Assembly (NCBI GenBank): GCA_913050175.1
Contig: CAJXAF010000004.1
Span: forward strand, 1 to 40,973
Direction: 5' to 3'
DNA from: an uncultured bacterium
GTDB lineage: Bacteria; Omnitrophota; Gorgyraeia; Duberdicusellales; 4484-171
Length of the DNA: 40,973 nucleotides
Shown: one piece after another, positions 1 through 8,839 of the stretch
How positions within the stretch are numbered: the first letter of the stretch is position 1
How the letters are laid out: every line of letters starts with the position of its first letter
Translations under genes and position numbers: made by a program
Notes under the pieces: model-generated
Told to the model about the DNA's origin: nothing
Database searches by the model: none
What the model saw: only the letters and a program-made list of their open reading frames with translations

Positions 1-604
1 TTTTTAAGAGGTCGCTGCGGTTAAATAAATAGATTCCACTATTGGCTTCCTGATACTCACATTTACCTTTAATTTCACTTTTAGCCAAAGCACTTAACCC
101 GGCCTTCTCAAGTATGGCCCTGACTTTCCCCCTTGGATTACGAACTATAACTCCCGGAGCATTTTCTTCCTTTAGCTTGGCAGTTAAAATGTTACAAGAT
201 GATTTTTTGCGAAGAGAATCTGATATGAATCCTGAAATTGTTTGAGAAGTTAAAAGAGGGGCATCACCACAGAGAACCAAAACCTTAGACTTGCCAACTT
301 TTTTGCTAGCTGATTTAACAGCACTACCAGTTCCTGAAATTTTAGTTTGGTAGACAAATTCAATTTTTAAGCGAGAATTTAATCTGTTTTGCTCAGGAAA
401 AAGGTTTTTTATGGTTTTTTCTACAAGATTACCTTTATAGCCTACAACGATAATAATCTGCTTTATGCTCTTTAAAGCTAGTAATTCTTTAAGAACATAA
501 TAAATAAGCGGCTTGCCCATCAACTGATGAAGGACTTTGGGTACGCTAGAACGCATGCGTTTCCCCTTTCCTGCAGCTAATACTATTACGGTTATTTCTT
601 TCAT
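1..604 (-). CDS. glmU: GlmU-like UDP-GlcNAc pyrophosphorylase, N-terminal part (runs off window; not in ORF track)
   Basis: Manual translation from ATG at 604: MKEITVIVLAAGKGKRMRSSVPKVLH...GTGSAV...LCGDAPLL...EANSGIY; conserved ispE-spoVG-tRNA-Gln-glmU order. Confidence 0.9.
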   Translation of the reverse strand, partial: MKEITVIVLAAGKGKRMRSSVPKVLHQLMGKPLIYYVLKELLALKSIKQIIIVVGYKGNLVEKTIKNLFPEQNRLNSRLKIEFVYQTKISGTGSAVKSASKKVGKSKVLVLCGDAPLLTSQTISGFISDSLRKKSSCNILTAKLKEENAPGVIVRNPRGKVRAILEKAGLSALAKSEIKGKCEYQEANSGIYLFNRSDLLK

Positions 605-631
605 AAAATTAAACCTTATCAATGCTATAAG

Positions 632-703
632 CTGCCCGGCCTGGACTCGAACCAGGAAAGACAGCTCCAAAAGCTGTTGTGTTACCGATTACACTACCGG
701 GCA
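632..703 (-). tRNA. tRNA-Gln(UUG), CCA not encoded
   Basis: Minus strand TGCCCGG TA GTGT AATCGGTA ACAC A ACAGC TTTTGGA GCTGT CTTT CCTGG TTCGAGT CCAGG CCGGGCA G: full cloverleaf, U1-A72 pair, anticodon TTG. Confidence 0.95.
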
Positions 704-878
704 AGAATATTATTGTAATTGATCACCCCTTAGAAGAACCTCTTCGGGATATATATATATTAAAAACGCATCAATGAAAATTACAGGTGAGAAAATAACT
801 CATCTAATTAAGACTAAATGCATCTCGCTTAAATGAAATATAACGTCTGCTCTTTATTAGCTTATTGATGCAGGGTTT

Positions 879-1361
879 TTATGAAACCTCGTCTTTACTT
901 TCAGCAGGACTCTTATCCTCGCTTTTCTCCTCTTGATTTGAAGCCTCTTTTTTGTTTTCAACAGGGCTCTTATCCTCGCTCACTTGACCGCGAGCAGAAG
1001 TTCTTTCGTTCTGATAGGCATCAAGAACTTTACTTTGAAGGTAGTCGCGAAATTCCTGATTGATCGGATGCGCTAAGTCCTGATGCGTAGCTTGTCGACT
1101 CTCTTCTGATTCTTTAGGAGCAGGTGGTAGCTGAACACCACAATGCCCGCAATATTGACTTCCTAAATCACATTTTTTCCCGCAACGTTGACAAAATTGT
1201 TTTAACTTTCTAGCTGGCATTGCAACAAACAACCCATTGTTACCTTCAATAACTTTTATATTTCTAACCACAAAAGAATTATCAAAAGTTATTGTTGCGT
1301 AGGCTTTAAGACGTCTGCCCTCATTATCTCGAAGAGAAACTCTGACCTCTGTGATCTCCAT
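879..1361 (-). CDS. spoVG: SpoVG family nucleic-acid-binding protein with zinc-ribbon insertion
   Basis: MEITEVRV...ITFDNSFVVRNIKVIEGNNGLFVAMP...DLAHPIN; inserted CQRC...CGHC; AAGGAGG RBS. Confidence 0.92.
   Translation of the reverse strand: MEITEVRVSLRDNEGRRLKAYATITFDNSFVVRNIKVIEGNNGLFVAMPARKLKQFCQRCGKKCDLGSQYCGHCGVQLPPAPKESEESRQATHQDLAHPINQEFRDYLQSKVLDAYQNERTSARGQVSEDKSPVENKKEASNQEEKSEDKSPAESKDEVS
910..980. repeat. 14-bp direct repeat CTCTTATCCTCGCT (910-923, 967-980), part of a duplicated SEDKSP in the SpoVG tail
   Basis: Read directly; 57-bp in-frame period. Confidence 0.8.
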
Positions 1362-1375
1362 GAAAGTACCTCCTT

Positions 1376-2287
1376 TTAAAAAGTGTGTGCTTTAAACACA
1401 GTCCACCTCGTTGGAACTAATTTATGTAAATTAATTGATGTCTTTATATTTCTCTTATCTCTAAGTTGCCCAAAAGTATAAAACGCACTTCCACTACCAG
1501 TCATGGCCGAAAACATATCTAATTTTCCCAAAAATGATTTTACTTTTAGCAAGTCCTTACAAACGATTATAGCTCTTTTCTCTAAAGCATTAAATATGTT
1601 TTTCTCAATAAGTGAGGCATCGTTTCGCTTCAAAGCATATCGCAATATCTTAACATTATTAAAAAAATTTGTCAATTTTACTCTCGAGGCTTGATAAACT
1701 TTTTTTGTAGATATATGAATATTAGGCCAGATGATAAAATGGCTAAATTTTCTATTTATTTTTAACTCTGTAACTTCTTCCCCCCTGCCTTTAAGAAGAG
1801 CAAACTGGCTTTGGGAAAGAAAAAAATTAACATCACTGCCCAATTTCTTACCCAGACTATACAATTGAGGCCTTGTGAGTTTAAGCTTAAAAAGATGCTT
1901 TATAGCCAATATGGTACTAGCTGCATTAGAAGAGCCTCCGCCCAAGCCAGAGCCCATGGGGATTTTCTTTTCCAGATGTATACTAAAACCTTCTTTTATT
2001 TTCTCTTCTTTTTTGATTAGACTTGCTGCTTTAAAACAGAGGTTAGCTTTTGTTTCCAGAGACTTTACATTTGAAGAAATTATTATCTGGGGAGATTTCT
2101 TTACCTCAATAGATATTTCATCAAAAAGAGAGATTCGCTCTACTATACTTTCAATACGATGGAATCCCTTAGGATACTTTCCTGTAATATTAAGGTAAAG
2201 ATTGATTTTGGCAGGACTTAAGATCTTGATCTTACTGCCGTATAAATTTGGCTGCTTTTTCAGCGATAGAATTAGCGGAGAGACCAT
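1376..2287 (-). CDS. ispE: 4-diphosphocytidyl-2-C-methyl-D-erythritol kinase (start uncertain)
   Basis: PAKINLYL, KKIPMGSGLGGGSSNAA, LGSDV, MTGSGS GHMP-kinase motifs. Confidence 0.93.
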   Translation of the reverse strand: MVSPLILSLKKQPNLYGSKIKILSPAKINLYLNITGKYPKGFHRIESIVERISLFDEISIEVKKSPQIIISSNVKSLETKANLCFKAASLIKKEEKIKEGFSIHLEKKIPMGSGLGGGSSNAASTILAIKHLFKLKLTRPQLYSLGKKLGSDVNFFLSQSQFALLKGRGEEVTELKINRKFSHFIIWPNIHISTKKVYQASRVKLTNFFNNVKILRYALKRNDASLIEKNIFNALEKRAIIVCKDLLKVKSFLGKLDMFSAMTGSGSAFYTFGQLRDKRNIKTSINLHKLVPTRWTVFKAHTF

Positions 2288-3179
2288 AGAAATCAATTAA
2301 CTCCCCAGGTGGCCCTGATTGTCCAAATTTGTCATTTACACTTATTGACTCCATCAAAACCGGATTACTTCCAACTACAACTTCAGCGACCGCGGAAAAC
2401 AAACCTCCGATTTTCTGATGTTCCTCACAAACTAAAATCTTACTAAAACGTTTGGATAGGTCCTCTATCAATTGGACATCAATTGGTTTTATAGTATGTA
2501 TATTAACTACAGCTGTTGATATACCTTTTTCATCTAAGGTTTTGGCTGCCTGCATGGCTTCATTAACAAGAATTCCGCAAGCAATTATTACCAAATCACT
2601 ACCTTCTTTTACTATATAACCCTTGCCCAGGGAAAATTCTTTCTTACTTTCAAGCGTAGGAATTTTTGAACGGCCCAAACGTATATAAAAAGGACCTTCT
2701 TCTTTGTGGGCAGTTAAAATAGCACTTCTTGCCTCCGGACCATCACAAGGAACTATTATCCGCATATTAGGTATAGATCTAAAAAAACTAATGTCTTCCA
2801 AGGCCTGGTGTGAAGCTCCATCCTCGCCAACAGTAACTCCGCTATGAGTAGCTACGATTTTAACATTCAGTTTATTATAACAGATGGTATTACGAACCTG
2901 ATCGAGCGCCCTGGCTGTGGCAAACATAGCAAAAGTAGATGCGAAAACTATTTTGCCGCTGCTGGCTAGGCCTCCGGCGGTGGCCATCATTCCCTGTTCA
3001 GCTACTCCAAAGTTAAAAAATCTCTCGGGGAATTCTTTGGCAAAGAATGAGGTCCGGGTTGATCCTGAAAGATCAGCATCTAAGACTACTACATTAGGAT
3101 CAAGTTTACCTAATTCAACTAGTGTTTTACCATAAACATCACGTGCATATAATTTTTCAGACATAACTTGCTCTTTCAT
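2232..3179 (-). CDS. tkt: Transketolase, C-terminal subunit
   Basis: LDADLSGST, FPERFFNFGVAEQ, GEDGASHQ, TIKPID. Confidence 0.92.
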   Translation of the reverse strand: MKEQVMSEKLYARDVYGKTLVELGKLDPNVVVLDADLSGSTRTSFFAKEFPERFFNFGVAEQGMMATAGGLASSGKIVFASTFAMFATARALDQVRNTICYNKLNVKIVATHSGVTVGEDGASHQALEDISFFRSIPNMRIIVPCDGPEARSAILTAHKEEGPFYIRLGRSKIPTLESKKEFSLGKGYIVKEGSDLVIIACGILVNEAMQAAKTLDEKGISTAVVNIHTIKPIDVQLIEDLSKRFSKILVCEEHQKIGGLFSAVAEVVVGSNPVLMESISVNDKFGQSGPPGELIDFYGLSANSIAEKAAKFIRQ

Positions 3180-3203
3180 TTAAAAGTATTAATAAAATTA
3201 AAT

Positions 3204-4046
3204 CTACTCTAATCCGCTTTCGTCTTTTTCAATATCCTCTAATTCTTTAAGAGCAATCTCGCACTCTTTTTCTGAAGGCGCATTACCATGAAAATTAACA
3301 ACATGCTCCATAAAAGAAACACCTTTGCCTTTGACGGTATGGGCTATGATAATTGTTGGCTTAAACTTTACTGTCTTAGCCTCAGCAAAGGCTTCTAAGA
3401 GCTCATCTATGTTGTGGCCATCACACTGATGAACATGCCAGCCAAAAGACTCCCATTTATTAACTATAGGCTCTAAATTCATTATTTCTTCTGTCCTGCC
3501 GTCAATTTGAAAGCGATTGTAATCAATGATTGCACAAAGATTATCAAGTTTATAGTGGGCTGAAGCCATGGCTGCTTCCCAGACATTTCCTTCCTGAGTC
3601 TCACCATCGCCCATGAGACAATAAACTCTTGAGTCTATCTTATCCAATCTATTAGCTAAGGCCATGCCTAAGCATACTGATAGCCCCTGGCCTAAAGATC
3701 CACTGGCAACTTCAATACCGGGAGTTTTTTTATCAGGGTGACCTTGTAGTAATGAACCTAGTTTTCGCAAGGTCATTAATTCTTCTTTAGGAAAGTACCC
3801 ACAAAGGCTTAAAGCTGCATAGACTGCCGGGCAGCAGTGTCCTTTAGATAAGTGAAATTTATCTCTTTGGGCCCAATTAGGATCATCCGGCTTATGGCGC
3901 ATTACATCGAAAAAAAGACAAGTAATTATATCAGTTGATGAGAGTGACCCTCCGGGGTGTCCACTCTTAGCTTCAGTCAACATCTTTATAATAAGTTTTC
4001 TGATTTCTGTGGCTTTACTCTTTAGATTCTTTACTTTCTGATTCAT
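3204..4046 (-). CDS. tkt: Transketolase, N-terminal ThDP-binding subunit
   Basis: SGHPGGSLS, LSKGH, LQGHP, GSLGQG, GDGE...N motif. Confidence 0.93.
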   Translation of the reverse strand: MNQKVKNLKSKATEIRKLIIKMLTEAKSGHPGGSLSSTDIITCLFFDVMRHKPDDPNWAQRDKFHLSKGHCCPAVYAALSLCGYFPKEELMTLRKLGSLLQGHPDKKTPGIEVASGSLGQGLSVCLGMALANRLDKIDSRVYCLMGDGETQEGNVWEAAMASAHYKLDNLCAIIDYNRFQIDGRTEEIMNLEPIVNKWESFGWHVHQCDGHNIDELLEAFAEAKTVKFKPTIIIAHTVKGKGVSFMEHVVNFHGNAPSEKECEIALKELEDIEKDESGLE

Positions 4047-4983
4047 ATTCCTCTAACCTTGATTGTAGTCCTGCATTTTCGGGAAAGTATTCTATTCCTA
4101 CTTTATAATATTTAATCGCCTTCTCAAGATCTCCTAACTCTACTGAAACATCACCCAAGTGTTTATAGATATCAGGATCCCTAACAAAACTAATGGCTTC
4201 CTCAAGAAACTTTAAAGATTTCTTCAACTTACCTTGTCGGTAATAAACCCATCCCAAACTATCAAGATAGGCTCCGTTGTCTGGCTCTTTTTCCAGAGCT
4301 TTTTTAATCATTTTCTCAGCATCATCTAATAATATGCCTGCTTCAGCATAGGTATAGCCCAGAGAATTTAATATCGGGGCATGTTCGGAATCAATATCCA
4401 AACCATCCTTCCAGACTTTAATTGCCTGATCTTCTTTGTCGATCTCACTATAGAGGTAGCCCAACCAAAAATAAGCTTCAATATATTCAGGATTATTTTC
4501 TAAGATACTTTCATAAATGTTAATAGCATCTTCATGTTTAGTTTTATAAAAATAAAACTGAGCCAAATATTCTGAAATACTAATGTCGTCGGGTTTTAAT
4601 CTATGTGCATTTTTAAGCAGCTCCTCGTATTCAGCTTCCAGCTCTTTATCTTTCTGAGCGTAAGAGTAGATAAAAATCAAAGTTAAAGAGATCTCAAGAT
4701 TATCGGGATCAAGCTTTTTAGCTTCGAGCAAAGCTTTCTGAGCTTCTTCATTTTTGCCCAGGCGAATTAAAACTGTAGCTATTTTTAAACGGGTATGAAT
4801 TGATTTAGGGTCTTTTGCTTTAGCCTTTTCTAACTCTTTTAAACCCAGCTCATACTCCTCATTCTGGATAAAAAAAAGCCCTTTTAAGTAATTGCTGTAG
4901 AGATTTGCATTAAATCTCTGACTACCTGCAAAAGCCAGAGGTGTCATGATGACAAAAAGAGTGGCTATAAGAAACTTTCTCAT
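4015..4983 (-). CDS. Exported tetratricopeptide-repeat protein
   Basis: Signal peptide (..PLAFA); TPRs including LNSLGYTYAE and YLDSLGWVYY. Confidence 0.85.
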   Translation of the reverse strand: MRKFLIATLFVIMTPLAFAGSQRFNANLYSNYLKGLFFIQNEEYELGLKELEKAKAKDPKSIHTRLKIATVLIRLGKNEEAQKALLEAKKLDPDNLEISLTLIFIYSYAQKDKELEAEYEELLKNAHRLKPDDISISEYLAQFYFYKTKHEDAINIYESILENNPEYIEAYFWLGYLYSEIDKEDQAIKVWKDGLDIDSEHAPILNSLGYTYAEAGILLDDAEKMIKKALEKEPDNGAYLDSLGWVYYRQGKLKKSLKFLEEAISFVRDPDIYKHLGDVSVELGDLEKAIKYYKVGIEYFPENAGLQSRLEEYESESKESKE

Positions 4984-4989
4984 TGAAGA

Positions 4990-5079
4990 CTATTGTGACT
5001 TATGTCTTTGCTGTTTGCGTCTTTTTTTAAACCAGTGTCTTTTTACTTTCTTTAATTTTTTCTTTTTACCACAAGGCAT
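4990..5079 (-). CDS. 29-aa highly basic protein, AURKAIP1/COX24 (mS38/bS22-like) type; not in ORF track
   Basis: MPCGKKKKLKKVKRHWFKKRRKQQRHKSQ*; AAGGA RBS; fills the hisG-TPR gap in the same orientation. Confidence 0.8.
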   Translation of the reverse strand: MPCGKKKKLKKVKRHWFKKRRKQQRHKSQ

Positions 5080-5094
5080 ATATATGTTTCCTTC

Positions 5095-5970
5095 CTAGTA
5101 GATAACTTTATTCAAGGGGTATTCAATTATCCCCTGAGCTCCGTTCTCCTTTAATATAGGTATGAGTCTTCTAACTTCCGCCTCCTCTAAAATCACCTCA
5201 ATAGCATTCCATCCTTTTAAAGTTAGGAAAGAAATCGTTGGCCTCTTTAAAGCTGGAAGAAGTGCCAGTATAGTATTGAGCTTATCTTCCTTTATATTCA
5301 ATTTCAAGCCAACTTTATCACGTGACTGGAGAGCTCCCTTTAAAAGAAGACTAATGTGATCCATCTTCTTAGCCTTTAAGGGGTTTCCGGCAGCCTTCTT
5401 ATTAGCAATAAATACGGTTTTTGATTCACAGATTGTGTCAATAATCCTTAAGTTATTAGCCTTCAATGACGCTCCTGTTTCTGTTATATCGACTATAGCA
5501 TCAACTAAGCCACTGGTAACCTTAAATTCGGTAGCTCCCCAGCTAAATTCAACATCAATTTTTATCTTCTTCTTCTTAAAGTATTTCTTAGTATAATTAA
5601 CCAATTCAGTAGCAATACGCTTTCCTCTCAAGTCCTTTATTGTTTTGATCTTAGAATCAGCTCTGACAGCAACAACCCAGCGTACAGGATTTAAAGTTTG
5701 TTTAGCATAGAGTAACTCAGCTAAAGTAACAACCTTGGAATTATTCTCCAAAACCCAATCTCTGCCAGTAATCCCGCAATCTAACACGCCCTCTTCGACA
5801 TAGCGAGCCATCTCCTGAGCCCTTAAGAGGGTGACTTCAATTCCGGCATCATCAATCGTAGGAAAATATGACCGGGAGCTAACGTAGATATTAAATCCGG
5901 CCATTTTAAAGACCTCTATCGTCTTATTTTGAAGACTACCTTTAGGTATCCCTAATTTTAAAATTTTCAT
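5095..5970 (-). CDS. hisG: ATP phosphoribosyltransferase (long form)
   Basis: LGIPKGSL, LDCGITGRD, DAIVDITETGASL, C-terminal ACT-like domain. Confidence 0.95.
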   Translation of the reverse strand: MKILKLGIPKGSLQNKTIEVFKMAGFNIYVSSRSYFPTIDDAGIEVTLLRAQEMARYVEEGVLDCGITGRDWVLENNSKVVTLAELLYAKQTLNPVRWVVAVRADSKIKTIKDLRGKRIATELVNYTKKYFKKKKIKIDVEFSWGATEFKVTSGLVDAIVDITETGASLKANNLRIIDTICESKTVFIANKKAAGNPLKAKKMDHISLLLKGALQSRDKVGLKLNIKEDKLNTILALLPALKRPTISFLTLKGWNAIEVILEEAEVRRLIPILKENGAQGIIEYPLNKVIY

Positions 5971-6022
5971 CTTTTAATTACCCTTATTGAATTTTATATA
6001 TTTTGAAAATCAAAGCTCAACA

Positions 6023-6051
6023 ATTATACAATGCGCTTTTTGACTTGTAAA
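6023..6051 (-). promoter_or_regulatory. Sigma70-type promoter for hisG operon
   Basis: TTTACA-N17-TATAAT. Confidence 0.6.
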
Positions 6052-6077
6052 GTAAAATATCAGTATAAGAGCAAGCT

Positions 6078-7172
6078 TCAACAAAGATTTTTAAAGCTTG
6101 AAAAAACATCTTTGGGGCTAATATCGCGCAGACATTTCTTATCAAACCCGCAACCGGAAAACTTAAAAGTTTTATAACAAGGTCTGCATTCGACTCCCGA
6201 CTTAAAAACTATGGAACTATCGCTATCAGGATAAGCTCCATATACCTTGTCGTCAACCGGACCAAAAAAAGCGATAACTTTTTTATTCAAAGCCTGGGCA
6301 ATGTGAAAAGGCCCACCATCATTAGTAATAATTGCCTTGCTAATTGAAACCAAGGTAATAAATTCTTCTAAACTTATTTTACCGCATAAGTTAAGTGGCT
6401 TTGTGTGCATATTCTCATAAACATAATCACAGATATTCTTTTCAGCCTTTGAACCAAAAAGTATAATTTGTGAAGCGTACTCCTCTGATATCATTTCAGA
6501 AATTTTTAAAAAATGCTCCTTGGGCCAACGCTTAAAATAAGCTGTTTGCTGCCAGCTATCCCCGGAACCAGGACAAATCCCAATGAAGTCGGCCTCCGGC
6601 TTTAACCCGTAGTTTTCTAAGCTTGCTCTAGCTTTACCTTGTTTATCTTGGGGTACTTCTAAATCGAATTTATATTCTCTGCTCTCTACTCCCAGCAAGC
6701 CTAATAAATCAAGATAGTACCTGGCCACATGCTTATCCTTAAAGCCGTCAACTATCTTAATTTTATCAGTTAAGAATCTGCCTCGATTCTTAAAATCTAA
6801 ACCGAGACGCCTCTTGACCCCGGAAAGTTTAAAGAAAAGACCGTATTGTGAGTTCATTGATAAGTCAAACATGAGATCAAATTTTCCCTTCTTTATCTGT
6901 CTTCTAAATCCAATAAATTTGCCGATAAAGCCAACTTTTGACTCTCTGAGTGACTCTCGCCACTCATCCTTTTCAAAGACAATAACATCTTTTAAGAAGA
7001 CATTATTATCAAGTATTGGCTTTGTTCTTCGATTGCAAAGATAGGTTATAGAACTTTCAGGAAAAGCATCTTTTAAGTTCCTGATAAGAGGGGTAGTAAA
7101 AAGGACATCGCCAATGCCAAAGGGGTTAAAAATAAGAATATTTTTTGCTTTCATAAGTATTTTTTCATTCAT
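6078..7172 (-). CDS. Glycosyltransferase family 9 (LPS heptosyltransferase-like); likely start 7172 or 7154
   Basis: GIGDVLFTTP, KRWP, NDGGPFHIA, FFGP, CRPC. Confidence 0.9.
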   Translation of the reverse strand: MNEKILMKAKNILIFNPFGIGDVLFTTPLIRNLKDAFPESSITYLCNRRTKPILDNNVFLKDVIVFEKDEWRESLRESKVGFIGKFIGFRRQIKKGKFDLMFDLSMNSQYGLFFKLSGVKRRLGLDFKNRGRFLTDKIKIVDGFKDKHVARYYLDLLGLLGVESREYKFDLEVPQDKQGKARASLENYGLKPEADFIGICPGSGDSWQQTAYFKRWPKEHFLKISEMISEEYASQIILFGSKAEKNICDYVYENMHTKPLNLCGKISLEEFITLVSISKAIITNDGGPFHIAQALNKKVIAFFGPVDDKVYGAYPDSDSSIVFKSGVECRPCYKTFKFSGCGFDKKCLRDISPKDVFSSFKNLC

Positions 7173-7184
7173 AAGTTTTAGAAC

Positions 7185-7213
7185 ATTGTAAACTAATGTT
7201 GTTTGCTTGTAAA
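7185..7213 (-). promoter_or_regulatory. Sigma70-type promoter for GT9 gene
   Basis: TTTACA-N17-TACAAT, 12 nt before ATG 7172; argues against the ORF-track start 7229. Confidence 0.5.
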
Positions 7214-7512
7214 GAAAAAGGCTCCTCAAGTAAAATTAACCTTAAAATTATCTGAAAAATTTCTCTTTTCTATCTAATAAAGGAATTCTTTCTAATGTAA
7301 GCGATTTCAGGCCAATACTTATAAGGCCTTGATATATATAGACTTAAAATGTTATTCTTTAGTGTGACCCCTTTTTAGGAGTCAAAGCCACGGGCCCTCT
7401 CCCTATTTTTGGGGGAGGGTGTCTTCATCTAAAATTCTGCCTAAATTAAAATTAAGCTTATAAAATAAGGATTTTTTTTAAATATGAATAGTCTAAGGCA
7501 CCTATCAAGAGT

Positions 7513-8817
7513 CTATTTAGCTGTCTTTGCAGTAGCAGATTTAAACTTTTCCAATTGCTCTTTAAAGAATTCATCTTGAGGATTATCAGAAACTACCTCT
7601 TCTTCAATGACAATTGCCTCTTCAAAACGGCCCATTTTGCATAAAACTTCCGCCTTTGTATCTAAATAATAGGGATTTTCCGGGGAAAGCTCCAGGCCCT
7701 TATTAATTAAAATCAAGGCTTCATTGAGATTTTCACCTTCTTGGCTATAAATCCAGGCTAAATCATTATAAGCATCAGAAAAATCAGGTTTGTTTTCAAT
7801 GCTTTTTAGGAGCAATTCTTCTCTTTGACGGGAATCAAATTTAAAGCCCAGATGCTGATATCTGGCATAATCCGGGTTAAGAGAATAAAGAATTAAAAAA
7901 GGTAGGATGACTAAGGATATGTTGTAAGAATAATGAGCCACTATACTGGGAATAATTGATCCAGTCCAGGCCCTTAACAAGGTTACTGATAAACCCATAG
8001 AAAAAATAGCCAGAAGAGCAAACCAACTGCCCCATATTTGATCCAGATGAAAGAGAGCAAACAAACAAGAAATTAAAATAATGGCAAATAATTTTCCCCG
8101 TAACTTATAGAACACCCGGTAAAAATACCCTCTAAAGATAACCTCTTCAAGCAGGGGAGCAAAAAATATAACCGAAACAATGAATAGTAAGAATGAAACA
8201 ATTGATGAGCCGGTAAGAGCATCTCCCAAAGGTGTAATTGCCTGATCATCTTTATTGTTAAAAAAGAAAAAACTCGAAGAAGCAAAAAAAGCTCCGATTG
8301 CGACCGGCACCAGAAAAGCGTAGAAAAACCACTTCTTTACTTTTTTAAAACTTATTATTTCAAAAAAACTCTCACTCTTATTAGCTCTAACAAGGCAAAA
8401 GATAATTCCTATGGTAAAGAGGTGAGAAACCAAACCCAAAACAACGAATTCCAACAACTTACCGTTTAAAAAAGGAACAAAATAGGATAAAGCCTTATAA
8501 AGAAGAAATGTCCAGTTCAAAAGCAAGAACCAAATCAAGACTACAGTCGTGAAATCAGTAATTAGGGAAAAATTGGTAGTTTTAAAAGAATCAAGGCCTT
8601 CGTTTAAAAATTTTTGCCGACGCCGTTTAAAAAAACGCCTTCGCAGATGGTAATATATAGGAATCAAAACCAGAAAAAAAACAATACTGGCAAGGGCCCA
8701 TATTAATGGCTTCAGACCAAAAATCTCTACATATAATTCTTGGTCTTCATTCTCTAAGGTTTTTGCATCATAGTAAAAAACGCAGAGTACTAAGAAAAAT
8801 ATTACAAAGCTGCCCAT
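7513..8817 (-). CDS. CPBP (Abi/CAAX type II) intramembrane protease with C-terminal TPRs
   Basis: APLLEEVIFRG, FALFH, AHYSYN motifs; YNDLAW and YYLDTKAEVL TPRs. Confidence 0.88.
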   Translation of the reverse strand: MGSFVIFFLVLCVFYYDAKTLENEDQELYVEIFGLKPLIWALASIVFFLVLIPIYYHLRRRFFKRRRQKFLNEGLDSFKTTNFSLITDFTTVVLIWFLLLNWTFLLYKALSYFVPFLNGKLLEFVVLGLVSHLFTIGIIFCLVRANKSESFFEIISFKKVKKWFFYAFLVPVAIGAFFASSSFFFFNNKDDQAITPLGDALTGSSIVSFLLFIVSVIFFAPLLEEVIFRGYFYRVFYKLRGKLFAIILISCLFALFHLDQIWGSWFALLAIFSMGLSVTLLRAWTGSIIPSIVAHYSYNISLVILPFLILYSLNPDYARYQHLGFKFDSRQREELLLKSIENKPDFSDAYNDLAWIYSQEGENLNEALILINKGLELSPENPYYLDTKAEVLCKMGRFEEAIVIEEEVVSDNPQDEFFKEQLEKFKSATAKTAK

Positions 8818-8839
8818 ACTTTTTATTAGTTTTTATGAT

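Noticed and set aside
537-722. 61-aa plus-strand ORF
   Set aside because: Antisense to glmU and tRNA-Gln; shadow ORF
7381-7400. CAAAGCCACGGGCC resembling the c-di-GMP-I riboswitch junction
   Set aside because: The upstream GGCAAA/GAAA tetraloop and downstream P1 elements are absent, and it is on the opposite strand to the adjacent genes
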